DNA of 54,807 nt, counting the filler, from Diploschistes diacapsis (lineage: Eukaryota): the NCBI GenBank assembly GCA_023645945.1. It is 4 parts of 4 records of this genome, joined end to end, with 100 filler letters (N's around TTAATTAATTAA, not from the genome) between each part and the next. Parts side by side here need not be neighbours in the genome. Positions count along the whole stretch, not along the records: positions 1 to 13,654 come from JALAIB010000639.1; positions 13,755 to 27,393 come from JALAIB010000640.1; 2 more parts are not named here. One strand, 5' to 3'. Shown here piece after piece: positions 11,836 through 24,700 of the stretch. The translations under genes and the position numbers were made by a program. Below the pieces are notes generated by a model. That model was not told where the DNA came from and did not search any database. It saw only the letters and a program-made list of their open reading frames with translations. The stretch's first letter is position 1; every line of letters begins with the position of its first letter.

Positions 11836-13654
11836 ATGAAGCGTACCATCCTCGAAGTCAGCAAAGATTCCCGCGATCTCACAATGAGTGATGATGAAAG
11901 CGCTCGTTCTTCCCCGCCTGGACATTCCAAACATGCCAAGGAGGTGACTCCGCTTTTAGCAGCTTCAAGCCGTGATAACCAAGGCCACCATGTCACCGGC
12001 CAGGAATACAACAGTCGATACGCAGGACAAGATTGGGCAGATCAAAGCTCACGAAGTAGCTCTTACCTTTTCCTTCTATGTCTCGGCATTGGCGGGCTAC
12101 AAATGGCCTGGGCGACGGAATTATCCAATGGTTCTCCTTACCTCCTCTCGCTCGGGATGTCAAAGTCGTGGCTAGCAATGGTCTGGGTAGCTGGGCCTTT
12201 GTCTGGAGTGCTTGTGCAACCTATAATTGGCAGTCTCAGCGATAACTGTAAGATCTCATGGGGAAGAAGACGACCGTACATGCTCGCTGGAACAGTAGCA
12301 ACAGTGCTTTCTTTACTCGCTCTAGCCTGGACAAGGGAGATTGTCCGCGGAGTCGCAGAAATTTTTGGTGGCACGGCTTCTTCCGACACGATATCTAAAG
12401 TGAACGTTTGCTTCGCTGTGGCCTGGATCTATATTCTAGACTTTTCCGTGAATACTTGTCAGTCCTATTCTAGCCTCAAAACGAAGGTCACTAATCATTT
12501 GCAGTGCAAGCAAGCATCCGGGCTTTCATAGTGGACAACGCACCCGTGCATCAACAGGATCAGGCAAACGCCTGGGCAAGCCGTATCGTAGGCTTTGGCA
12601 ATATCCTTGGGTACTTATCTGGCTACATCAATCTTCCCATGCTTCTACCATTCTTTGGAGATACACAGTTTAAAGTGCTCTGCGCTGTTGCTTGCATCTT
12701 TCTCATAGTCACGGTGTCCATATCGTGCCTCTCCGTACAGGAAGCTGATCCAAGAGTACAATGGCCATCAGCGCAGTCCACCAACCGCAGCGCCATAAAG
12801 TTCTTCGAAGACTGTCTGACATCTTTCACGCGACTGACGCCCCAGACGCAGCTGGTCTGCGTCACACAATTTTTCAACTGGATGGGCTGGTTTCCCTTCC
12901 TTTTCTACATCACCACCTACATCGGCCAGCTTTACCTCAATCCCTTCTTCGAACAGAACCCCAACCTCAGCCGCGACGAAATCAACAAGGCTTGGGAGCC
13001 AGCAACGCGCTTCGGCGCATATGCTCTGCTCATCTTTGCCATCGTCTCTTTCACGGCCAACTCGCTCCTACCACTGTTCATCGAACCCACCTACAGCCAC
13101 CAGCGTACCCGACGCACAAATGCAAGTATCTCACCACTCAGTCATCTTTGCTCCAGCCTCCACATCCCACACTTCACAATCCGCCGTGCCTGGCTAATCT
13201 CTCATCTCCTCTTCGCCGCCTGCATGTTCTCCACTCTATTCATCACCACCGCCGCGGCAGCCGCAGTCATGACCGGCATCGTCGGCCTCTCTTGGGCCAT
13301 GACACTCTGGGCACCCTTCGCCCTCATCTCCACAGACATCAGCCGTCTCGACACCCTTCGGCGCGCTCGGAAAGCCACACTCACACAGCAAAACAACGCT
13401 AACAATCCAGCCATCGCCCCTCCCCAAAGCGCAACCAGCTTCAGCGCCGAAACAAACGTCGAACTCGCCGCCCCCACAGAGCCCGAAGACGAGGACGTGG
13501 TCGAAGACCAAGCCGGCGCGGTCCTGGGCCTGCACAATGTCGCCGTGTCGGCGCCACAGATCGTCGCGACCGTGGTGTCGAGCATCGTGTTCAAGCTGCT
13601 GCAGCGCGAGCGCGGCGTGGCGGGGGACGACAGCGTGGGGTGGGTGCTCCGCCT
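11836..13654 (+). CDS. GPH/MFS sucrose or alpha-glucoside:H+ symporter (S. pombe Sut1-like), 3' end cut by contig end; intron 12458-12504
   Basis: GLQMAWATELSNGSPYLLSLG, WVAGPLSGVLVQPIIGSLSD..WGRRRPY, LDFSVNTLQASIRAFIVD, FNWMGWFPFLFY, AGAVLGLHNVAVSAPQ. Multiple TM segments. Start could be ATG 11836 or 11884. Confidence 0.9.
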
Positions 13655-13754
13655 NNNNNNNNNNNNNNNNNNNNNNNNNNNNNNNNNNNNNNNNNNNNTT
13701 AATTAATTAANNNNNNNNNNNNNNNNNNNNNNNNNNNNNNNNNNNNNNNNNNNN
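13655..13754. other. Artificial contig linker N44-TTAATTAATTAA-N44
   Basis: Exactly 100 bp with a palindromic stop-codon spacer; identical to the other two gaps. Confidence 0.97.
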
Positions 13755-15031
13755 CGCCCACTCCCCCAGTATCCTCCCCGTCTGCGGCGCGCCCCTGAAC
13801 GCCCTCATCCAGAACCAGGCATGGCACAGCCCCTCGAACTCCAGCAGCCGCACGCGCACCCCCTGTCGGTGCGCCGTCTGCGCAACCAGCCGCACCGAGT
13901 CCCGCGCCTGCTCCTCGCCGCCGCCGAGCCACAGCGGACAGGCGCCCGACCAGTCGCGGCACGCGGCGGGGCTGACGAGCGGGTGCGGCAGCAGGGCCGC
14001 GTCGCAGTAGAGGTTTGAGCGCGGCGGCGTCGCGGGCCACAGCGCGCAGTGCGGGAAGGAGCGCGAGAGGTAGGGCAGCCGGAAGCCGGGGAGGGGGAAG
14101 AGGTCTGTGCGTGCGGCGGTGGTGTAGGACGGGAAGGCGTTTGTGAGGTCCGCGACTGGGCTCAGGAGGGCGAGGCCGGCGGGGAGGATGCGGGTTGTCG
14201 TTGTGGTGGTGGTGGTGGTTGTTGTTGTTGGGGAGGACGTGAAGGAGGGGTGAATGGTGTGGTTGTGGAAGGTTATTGGTTGCTCGCGCCGGGTGAGGTG
14301 GAGGAGGACTTGGAGGAGGGCGAGGCAGAGGTTGGCGCCAGAGCTGTCGCCTGCGAGGACAATGGAAGATGGAGGGATGGGGGTGTGGGGGGAGTTTAGA
14401 GGCGCGACGAGGAGGGTGAGGTAGGCTTGGAAGACGTCAAGGAGGGCGGAGGGGAAGGGGTTCTGTGGGGCGAGGCGCTGGGTTAGGGTGAGGACTTTGC
14501 CCCCTGTGTGGTGGGCGAGGGAGCCGGCTATGCGCCTGTAGCGGGAGGGGTGGTTGAGGCTGTGCGGAGTGTTAGTGGGTTGAAGGAAGGGATCTGTACG
14601 AGGAACGGGACTGACACGAAGGTACCGCCGTAGATGTACAGGACTGTTAGGGAAGACGTTGTCTCGTTAACCAAGTTCTGGAACTTCTCTCCTTCCGAGA
14701 TGACTGGTTCTAGCGTATCCTCCTTGGCATTCTTGCGATAGCCTGTCCATTGGAAGCGGAGAGGTTCTGAAGCCGGGCGATGGTACGGGATATCCCTGTC
14801 ATTTAACTCGTCGACTACATTGAGGAGCACTTCCCAAGAGTTATCTTCTTTGGCAACTGGGACATCAAACTTGCTGACCCACACAGGGCCTTTCACAGGC
14901 ACGTCTCGTGTCGTTGCAGCTTGCTGGTCAGAGATGGATGTGGTTGTTGCTCTCCTCAGATACCCGTTTCTCAGCTTGTTTATGATAGCCTGCAAATGTT
15001 GTACGTTCTCGAAGTCCATTTTACTAAACAT
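13755..15031 (-). CDS. HSL-family alpha/beta hydrolase (lipase/esterase), 3' end cut by contig end; intron 14615-14560; start uncertain
   Basis: Spliced translation: KGPVWVSK..TVLYIYGGTFVLNHPSRYRRIAGSLA..QRLAPQNPFPSALLDVFQAYLTLL..IVLAGDSSGANLCL (GDSxG nucleophile)..LPAGLALLSP..HPLVSPAA..EFEGLCHAW. Most of exon 2 is missing from the ORF track. Confidence 0.88.
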
Positions 15032-16100
15032 AGTGGTGAACAAGCACAGCCAGTGGAGACAGAAGGAATAAATATAACGAACATTTTCCAGGAATTAGAG
15101 TGAATTGGGGCATAGCATCAACTGACCTGCCAGACTACTCAAGCTCAGGTTGGAGGTGGTAATGGCGTACCAAGTGAGTCAACAGAAAGGGCACCTTCAC
15201 ATTCGGCACATAGGTAGGCGTGCCTTGCTACCTCGGAACGTGAGAGCATTGTTGGCTGATCTGAAGAATAACAGGCTTCTGAAGAACCTCCCATACATGC
15301 AGCCCTAAGATGGGTAAACAGTCGCGCAGAGGAATGTCTTATAGAGGATACATTCAATCCCCAGCCGGGTATTCTTGGAGGGTAGTAGCTGCATCCGGCT
15401 ATGACCAGATGACCGGGCAAAAACCTCATACTCGCAGTAAGCTGATCGATGCTTATGGACGTTGTATTGAAAGTTAAACCAGTGCCGGTGCAATGAGGTT
15501 GGTCCAGTCCACCTGGGTTCCTCCCATACTTGATAACCTCTACCTCCTATGTACGAACTTCGAGCCCCTTGAAATTTTATCACTGGTTTGCCAACGCTAT
15601 AGGACCACAGCGAAGAACATATCGGGACACACACCGTGCGCATCGCCTAAGGGAGAAAAAAGAAAAAAAAAGCCTGAGCAACGAGAAATGCTCTACAACC
15701 TCAAGAATATCAGACGCTGTTGAAAAGCCTTGGCATTGCTTCATTGCTATTAGTCAACCCCAACCGTTAGCGTACATGTCTTTCCATAGCTCCATTCAGT
15801 CGCTTAAATCTCCCTTAAAGCCAATAAGAGCCTACATCAAGCAAACTTACTAACAATTGAATACCGCAGGAGCCTTTACGACGACTCATCAATGCCTCCA
15901 GATCCTCATTTACAACTCTGACCTCCAAAACATCCTGTCTACTTTTCCACACTTTGCTGCAATTTACTGAGAGGCAAGAGTACTTTGTTCATTCTGCCTG
16001 CTCATGGTTTGTACAAGAGTCTCTTATTTGCTTTGCTTCACATATCTGTGGTTCGTTTGAGGTTCTCCCAATGGCTTAATATCTCTATCCTTCTTTCACC

Positions 16101-19100
16101 ATGTCTTCGACGTCAGACGAGGCTCCAGAGGCAAAGGAGCTGAACTTGGTGGGCAAGGTCGAGCTCAGGCTAGCGCTAGCCGACTCTGACCCCAAGTTCG
16201 AGTCTCTTCTTAGCACCTATCTGGCCCCTCTGCTCCTGAAGCTCGCTAGCGAGCATGCAAATGTGAGAAAGAAGGTGAGCAAAGATTCCTGAAATACTTT
16301 GTGGAGGATGCCTAGATACTTCGGTATCATTTGTGCACTGGTTGTTGACCTCCAATAGGTCATAGCTGTCTGCCAGCATGTCAATACTAGAATAAAACCG
16401 CCGTATGACATCTCGTCTTCTCTGCTCCTTTCTCAGCATGCTTTCCTTCACAAACTATTTCCCATTGGCGTTTAGCCTGACATCTCTATGGCAGATCCAT
16501 TAAACTTCCGGTAGCACCTCTACTGAAGCAATACAAGGAGCAACACAATGCTCTTATTCGACATTTTGATCTGCTGTATATACACCAAGGCTTCGAAAGA
16601 CTATCACAGCCTGTTAGTCGTGGGCACCAATGATATCATGGCCGTGTATATTGACTTGATGCTTTAGGAGAGACTGGATCTGTTACCAATTCTACTTAAT
16701 GGACTTTCTCTGAATTTCGATGAATCTGTCAGCCATACGGCAAGCCTTTTCAATCTGCTTTTGAAACTCCTTCACCATTTGAAGCTTCCTCATCGGGGTA
16801 GTAAAGAAGATCGTGAGCTGAGGGGCAAGCTGAGCCTCGATCAAGGCAACGATGCCGGATTTGTAGCTAGTTGGATCGGGAAACTTATACTATTTAGCGC
16901 TGCTCCGTCCGCTACAAAAAGCTGCCCAGGACTTACTACGCAAGAACTTGAATTCTTCCACATGAATGGTAAACAGGATGTGTGGAATCCAGCAGTTTCA
17001 GGGGGCTTAAATCTGGTGGAGACCAAAGTTGTTGCTATGAAACTACTGTCTAGTGGAGCATTTAATGAAGGCGAAAGATTCCTGCCTGCTCTTTTCGCAT
17101 CTGTCGACCCAAATTCGCGACTATCGGATGTTGCGGACGATGTTCTGAAAGGTGTTCTCGCTAACACCTCCTTAGAAAATACCAGCATCGTCAGCAACCT
17201 GCTTCGAGTCTATTTAGGTACAAGTGGTACTGACTCTGAGCATCGTCCACCAGTCTCCGCTCCCTTGAAAATGAAGATTCTTACACTACTTTGCAAATCC
17301 AAAGTGGCTACAACATATGGGCCTGAGATCTTGCACATTGTTAAAGAGGGTCTTGCGGTGCAAACTGGAGCATCAGCTCCAATCACACAAGGGCTGCAAG
17401 CTTCCAAGCTACGTGTGCGAGTTTTCAATTTCGTGAACTGGGTCGCTCGCACGGCAGCCTCTTCGGCCATTTCTGACATTGCTCCCAAGCTTGTTGGAGA
17501 CTTGAGAAACTATATAGAAGCCCAGGGCTGGCCAACCTGTGACGAAGAGCTGCGACGCAATCCTGCAGAGCTAGCCTCACGCGCCTACGGATATGAAAGT
17601 ATTGGCATACTTGCGAAATCGTCGCCCTCTGAGCTTTTGGTGGATTCTGATCTGGATCTACTGCGATGGTTGTTCAACTCCCTTGGACGAGACGGTTCGG
17701 GGGGTGATATTTTCTTGAATATTGATCAAGCCTTGAGCAGTGTTCTAGGTGCATACGCACACATCCATGAGTCTGGGCTTCAGCAACCATTGGAACAGCT
17801 CTTAATGCACTACGCGGCGATTGAACCAGGAAGTGAAGACAGCTCCAATACGCCAATGATTCGAAGCACTCGATATGTCGCCGTCCGGTTCGCTAATAGG
17901 TGCTTGCCTTACAGTAATGTACGTGCTAGATGGATCGATCTTCTGGCAATGTCTGGCGGCCCTGGTGAGCGTAGCGAGATCATCGAAGAGGGCAGAAAAG
18001 GCCTCGATCCGTACTGGTATAGGATACTTAACCCACCAGATCCAGGCAAGTCCATAGACGATACATCAACATTTCCTTCTTCTGTGGAGCCACGCTACAT
18101 AATGCCAAACTTTGAGGAACTCGTTAACTTTCTTTTTCCGAAGAAAGACACAGCGCTGGCGCTCGGCCGCGGATACGTACCAGCGATTGATCTTTGCAGA
18201 ACGATTTTGTTTCACGAGGCAATTGCGCAGAGCTCAAAAGCCCCAATCGTTGATGCAGATTGGGATAGAAATTTAGATGCGCTTATTCGAAATGATGAAG
18301 ACATCCGCACGACGATCATCAATAATCTTTCAAACTTGTCAACTGACAAGGATCGAGCCTTGGACCAACTCGTGGACGCCGCATTCACTGGTTTCGTCAG
18401 TAGTAAACTCGGCAACACATCTCCGGCTGGTCGGTGCCTTTTGGACGTGTGCCAACTGGGACCTCACAGTGCATCGAATTTCTTGACAGCTCGAATTGCT
18501 GAACTGCGAGAGAGCATTTATTGCAACAACCACCCCTCAAGACTCATGGCCGGTCACCTATTTGGACTGCTTTCAGCACATGACGGCCATAACCAGTCTA
18601 TCGTTGATGGTATGCTGAAGGAGTTCACAGGAAAAGTCAAAGGGTGGGATTCTGCTGTCGGGTCAAGTGTTCACCACGTTCACGGGTCTATGCTCGCACT
18701 CGCGTATTGGCTGAGTCGGACCACGGATAGAAATTTAAGCTCGGGATTCAAGAACATTCGTGAGAGGATAATCCAGATCTCGCTGGACATCGTCGACAAT
18801 GGTAGAGACAAGGAGATACTGGAGGCTGCAGTTCTTACCATAAGCCAATTAAGTCTATTCGGAATCATCGATTCAGGTGTTATTAAAGCTTCCAGTAACT
18901 TCAAGGACCTCTCGACCGGTCTGGAAGCTATGGCTAAGAAGGGAGACAAAAATGCAGTGCTTGCCCTCGGTTATATTGCTATGCAATGCAACGAACATGA
19001 AGCTGGGGAAAGCTTGTTAGCAGGGGTCATCGATTCGCTGTACGGTTTGCATGAGACAAGACAACCAGAACTGCACTTTGCAGTAGGGTCTGCTTTGAGT

Positions 19101-22088
19101 TGCGCAGCAATCGGATGGGAATCGAAATCACTGATTGGACTGATTAACGTTAAGAGCACTCGTCCACACACGGCGTGCCGCAAGTCTACTTTAGAAGAGA
19201 TGATCGAGAAAGTCTTAGAAAGTTGCGAGCAGACGAAGCCGTCTCTGAGGCAAGCAGCAGTAATATGGCTGTTATGTCTGGTACAGTACTGCGGTCACTG
19301 TGATGAAATCCAAAGCCGCCTGAAACGATGTCAAACAGCTTTCAAAGGATTTCTTGCAGATAAGGAAAGTCTGAATCAAGAAGCCGCTTCTCGAGGTCTG
19401 ACGCTAGTGTACGAGAAAGGAGATTCTGATGTGAAGGACGAACTTGTGCGAGACCTGGTCGGCTCATTCACAGCGGCCAAATCGAGCCTTTCAGGGACTG
19501 TCTCGGAAGAGACACAGTTATTTGACTCTGGAGCGTTACCGACGGGAGATGGCCAATCAGTGACTACATATAAGGACATCATCAACCTGGCAGGTGAAGT
19601 CGGGGATCCTAGTCTGGTGTACCGCTTCATGTCGTTGGCTTCGAATTCTGCAATATGGTCTAGTCGTGCTGCATTCGGTCGGTTTGGCTTGAGCCGTATC
19701 TTGTCCGACTCTAGTGTGGATGGATATCTGTCTCGTAACCCGAAGCTCTATTCCGCACTATATCGCTACCGTTTTGACCCAAACACCAATGTCAGAGCTG
19801 CCATGAACGACATATGGACATCACTAGTGAAAGACCCGAAGGCTGTTGTCGAGACTCACTTTGGGCGTATCTTACAGGATCTGTTCAAATCAATCTTGAG
19901 CAAAGAATGGCGCACTCGCGAGGCTAGTTGTGCCGCTTTGGCCGACTTGATCCAAGGGAGGCCCCTGAAGATGTACGAACAGCATCTAACCAGAATATGG
20001 GAATTGACTTTCAAGGTCTGCGATGACATCAAAGCCACCGTACGCCTTGCAGCTATGCAGTTGGCTCGAGTTTTGACTGGCATCCTTGTTCGGAGCCTTG
20101 AGGCTGGCGAAGAATCCGCGGCAAATGCTCATGCCATGCTTCAGCAGGTCTTGCCTTTCTTGCTCAGTCCGTCGGGGTTGGAGGCAAGTGCCAAAGACGT
20201 GCAAGCCTTTTCTCTGATCACCTTAATGGACATTATCGAGAAGGCTAGCTCCAAGATGATGCGACCATATTTGGCAGACCTTGTCGGCCATCTGCTAGCA
20301 TTACTAAGTGCTATGGAACCAGAGGCTGTCAACTATATTTCTCTGAATGTAGACAAGTACGGAGTAACAGAGCAGCAACTAGACGATGCTCGACTGGATA
20401 GCGTCAAGCTTTCTCCAATGATGGAAGCGATTGAACGCTGTTTGGACATGATAGACGAGACCAGCATGAAAGCGCTTAATGCGTCACTCAGCAATGCAAT
20501 AAGGACGGTCATTGGACTTCCATCCAAAGTCGGTGTAAGCCGAGTACTCGTTACGCTGGCTACAAGACACAGATTCTTATTCCAGCCATACGCTGATGGG
20601 TTCTTGAGACTCATCCGCAAGCAGGTAGTGGACCGTAACGACACGATCTCCACTACTGCCGCAGCCACTTGCGGCTACCTATCCAGAATCGCAAACCAGA
20701 GCGAGATTTTGAAGCTGGTCGGATATTCAAAGACCCTCTATTTTGAATCAGAAGACGACCGGCATCGAACTGTCGCCGGAGAGATTCTGCTGAGCATTGG
20801 CAAATACGCAACAGATCGTTTCGCTTCTCTGGCCAACATATGCCTTCCGTTCGCCTTCTTCGGCTCACACGATGACCACGAGCCTGCCAAAGAGCTATTC
20901 AAGTCCGCTTGGGAGGACAATGTGGGCGGCTCTCGCGCCGTGCTCCTGTATCTTCGCGAGATTATCGATTTGTCAGTACGTCATCTTGGCTCGCCACGTT
21001 GGTCGATCAAGCACACCGCGGCTCTTACCATTGCAGATACTGTCAAGCCAGCTGGTAGTGAAATCTCAATGGCACATTCCGAGGTAATGTGGCCTGCTAT
21101 TGAGAAGGCTATCGATGGCAAGACGTGGGAGGGAAAGGAGAGGGTACTCGACGCCTTTATAATATTTGCAAAGGCATCCTGTCTGCCAGAGATATCCACC
21201 CAGGTGAAAGATCAGATGCACGTAAGTCTCCTGTTCCTCCTTATAGCACAACTATTTCATGGTCTGACCAATGACCCTTCCATGCAGCGTATAATTGTCA
21301 GGGAAAGCAAGAGGAACAATGCAACCTACCGTATACACGCCTTCAGTGGGCTTGGCCAGTTTGCACAGAACTTCAAATCAGCCTTCTCGTTCGAGACTGT
21401 GAGCTCAATTGTCAGGCCTGTTATCGAAGAGGAGTTGGAGGAGTCCAGCAGCATGGACATTGATTCTGGGCGGTACGCCGAGCGCTCTTCACAGGAGACG
21501 TGGGTTGTTGTCCAATGAAACTGGCCAAGGGGATAAAATACTAAGCTTACTTGTGTAGGTCAGCGTTGATGATTGCGAACGGCTTGTGCGCTTTGTTGAA
21601 ATCGGTCTCGCCAGTCTCAGCGCATGTGGCTGGAAGGGGCACTGACATACGTGTGTGGCTTCTGCTCCTCTTTTGGGCAAGCGCGGATTGATGATATGCT
21701 GACCGGCAATGCAGCCATGACGAAACAACTGACTCAGGCTCTTGTATTGGTGCGCAAGACCTTAGCCACACGCAACCACACGATTGCAAATGCCGTCTTC
21801 GAAGGCCTGAAGAGCTTATTTGCATTGCTTGCAGATGCCAAGCTCGACCTGCAGGAATTCCCCGACCGAGAACTTGCCGACTGCTGCGCGACAGTCTTCA
21901 ACGTAGAAGACTTTGCTGAGTCGGCACGTGTGCGGGCTGCAGAAGCCGCGCTCAAGCTGGCCCCGTTGTGCACTGAAAGGCCAAGACTGGACGAAAGGTT
22001 TGGGTTGCTGTTGTCACAAGCGATTCAGAGGGAGCGGTCTCAGTCAGTTCAGCACATCCTAAAGGAGATTGCGAAGTTGCGTTCCTAG
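16101..22088 (+). CDS. ECM29: Proteasome adaptor/scaffold Ecm29 (HEAT repeats); exons 16101-16274, 16359-16402, 16495-16612, 16668-21221, 21288-21499, 21559-21650, 21715-22088
   Basis: N-terminus ELNLVGKVELRLALADSD..YLAPLLLKLAS. Internal QEAASRGLTLVYE, TYKDIINLAGEVGDPSLVYRFMSLASNSAIWSSRAAFGRFG, LYRYRFDPN, EWRTREASCAALADL. All six introns are GT-AG and phase-consistent; the last two are less certain. Confidence 0.95.
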
Positions 22089-22185
22089 GCTTCAATAACT
22101 TGCTCATACTGCAGACGAAGCACGGCCGAGATAACTCATGCTCTCTGCAAGCAAACCAAATGCATCGGAAAGTTATCATCGTTGT

Positions 22186-22211
22186 TCTGTCTGTCTGTCT
22201 GTCTGTCTGTC
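22186..22211. repeat. (CTGT)n microsatellite
   Basis: ctgtctgtctgtctgtctgtctgtc read directly. Other simple repeats follow: (ATT/ATC)n near 22564-22596 and (TAC)n near 24300-24322 and 24399-24443. Confidence 0.85.
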
Positions 22212-24700
22212 AGCAGTTCCAAAAATAGAAGGAGCCACGTGCTGACCGCTTGACCGCTGATCGCTCTGCTCTGCTCTGCGGGGGAATCTTCTCAACGCAG
22301 AATTATTTTCATTAACACACAAAGTATTTTCAGTTTGCTTCCAATGGCCAGCACTTCCGCTTTTAGCACGCTCTTATTAGTAGATAACCCAAGTTGATGG
22401 CAACTAGCCGCATTCTATTCCTCATCTACTTTTGTAAGCTGCCCTAGTCAGTGGTCAGGTGTGAGGAGAGATTTGCTAGTGCTAACACTACACTACCAGT
22501 TGGACCGCGCTGAAGGCTGGATTCGGTCATCATTACGAGCAGGTGCGGGGCACAATTTTTGATATTATCATTATTATCATTATCATTATTATTATTCGAC
22601 AGCTCCTTCGACTTTTCCCCCGCTGTGGTATTATTATGGCTTGCCGAGAAAATGGCAAAATCGCCCGTCAAGTAAATAGGTCGGTAGTCAGCTTCCCCGC
22701 CGATGCCCGCCAGGCCCCGCTCAGCATTCACTCATGGGTCTTAGTTTATCTTGTTCTACGGTTGACAAAAACAATGAGCGACCGCGACGGCGACTTTGAT
22801 GATCCGCACCGACGCACCGTCAACCGACCCATTCCTGGTTACCTAGGTACTTCACGGTGTCTTGGTGGAAAGCAATGGGCGAGGCCGGCCTCAGCCGTGG
22901 AATCGGATGGAAAGATGGGGAGAGGCTGGAAAGGGAAAGGCCGGGGCCCCGGCGGGAGGGTTGCAATGGGATTCTTATGGGATTTGACTACTCGACTAGG
23001 CCAGACAGGAAGTCATCGCTGCCTCGTGGTAAATCCCTGCATGAGGAGAATCTTCGTACTTCTTTGCACGATCCTGATTCCTGATCAGAGATGGGCCCTG
23101 TTCTCGTCAGATCTCTCTGCTAACAGTCCAACAGTCCAACAGTCCCTGCAGTCCTGCAGCGGCATTACTGCGTCGCGCATAACTTTTTTTACATTGTACA
23201 TTGCATACATCTCCAGGCCTAGGTACGAAATTCGGGCATTGTTACAAAACCGGGGGTGCCGCTTCGCTTCCTCAGCCTAATCCGTACGGTGGCTTTGCTT
23301 GCGGCTTGCTTGCTGAGAATTATCCATTTAGGCTCTTGCGCACATGCATACAACACAGCACGACACAATCCGCGCCAAACCAGAGCGTCTACGAGACAAC
23401 AATCTAATATGCGCTGTGGCCGAGTCAGCCAGTCGACTTCTGCTCTCATCTTGACGTCAAGCATGCTTTGCCTTTGGTTATGCACAGCGACTTAGTACTA
23501 CCTGAGCTACTACTACAATTACTTGGTCAAGCCACGACCAGGGTGACACTGCCTATAGGCTATACCTCGGTGGCCTAGATCTATTGCAACTTCTTCTCTA
23601 CTGCCTTGTACTTTGTACTACCACCCTAGTCTCAAACTCCGTATTGCCCAGCTTGTGGCGTCCGACCAGCTGCTGTCACTCGACTTCCTCCTTTCCCTTC
23701 CAAGGTACCCCCGAGACCGAGACGTTCAGAGGAGGCACACCGCGATGGTAACGCACTAACAACTACGTGTAACCACAGGAGCTGGGAATGCTTGGTTCTA
23801 CTCGATTTGGACAGTTACATTCACGCCATTGGTATCCCAGTTACGTAGGTTCAACAGCCACCAAGTCCTTGGCTAGTGCTCCCCGTCTGTTCCCTCTCAG
23901 GCCCATCGCAGTTCGTCCCAAGTGCCAAGTAGATTACTTATGGCCCTTGTCGGAGATCGCCCCCGTCGGTCGACTACCAATCTTTTTTAGACTGACGAAA
24001 CGAAAATCGTGGCCTTTGTCAGCGCCTGTCAATTTCCAGTCCGTTCACCAACTGCCCGTCGTCGTCAACCCAAGCTTTTTAAAGGAACAGCCAACGAAAA
24101 GTCCGTAAGCAGCCCAAGCGGGCTAGGATCTGACTGTGCCTTTGACCACTATCGTCGCTACCATCCCCCAGGTTCCCGAGCTGCGAACGGACCTCTAGGG
24201 GCTGGCTGAAACTACTTATCCCCTACATGGACTATCTATCAGAGTTTGGACGCCAGACAAGCTCCTGGCTGTCCGCTAATCGCTTGGATTCAGTGGACTC
24301 TACTACTACTACTACTACTACTGTAGTAGACCCCCGGTTCGTCAGGCCTTCGCTTGTCTTGAGAGGCTTGCTTCTTTAATATGCCTTATTCCTGTCGCTA
24401 CTACTACTCCTACTACTACTACCACTACTACCACTACTACTACTGCAGCATCATTCAACCCCGTTCAGTGCCTGCATCTACTTTCTGGCCGCTTACACGA
24501 TATCTCTCTCTGCGTTTCATCTCGCTTGTTATTCCTCATGACATGCTTCTCTCAGGCTCGCTCAGTGCCGGCCAGCTGGCTGTCTCCCGAATAGCCTTGT
24601 GAAGGGGGGCTCTTTCTTTCTTCGCTTCAGTTCGCCGGAGCTCCGTCGAGAAAAAGGATCATAGTACCGGTGCGGCCGGAGATCCAAGGTCTCGGAGTCG

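Noticed and set aside
13699..13710. TTAATTAATTAA palindrome recurring every ~13.7 kb
   Set aside because: Centred in fixed-length N runs; a synthetic spacer with stop codons, not a biological site.
22543..23280. 245-aa ORF with a poly-Ile 'TM' segment
   Set aside because: The poly-Ile comes from an (ATT/ATC)n microsatellite; GTG start and no family features.
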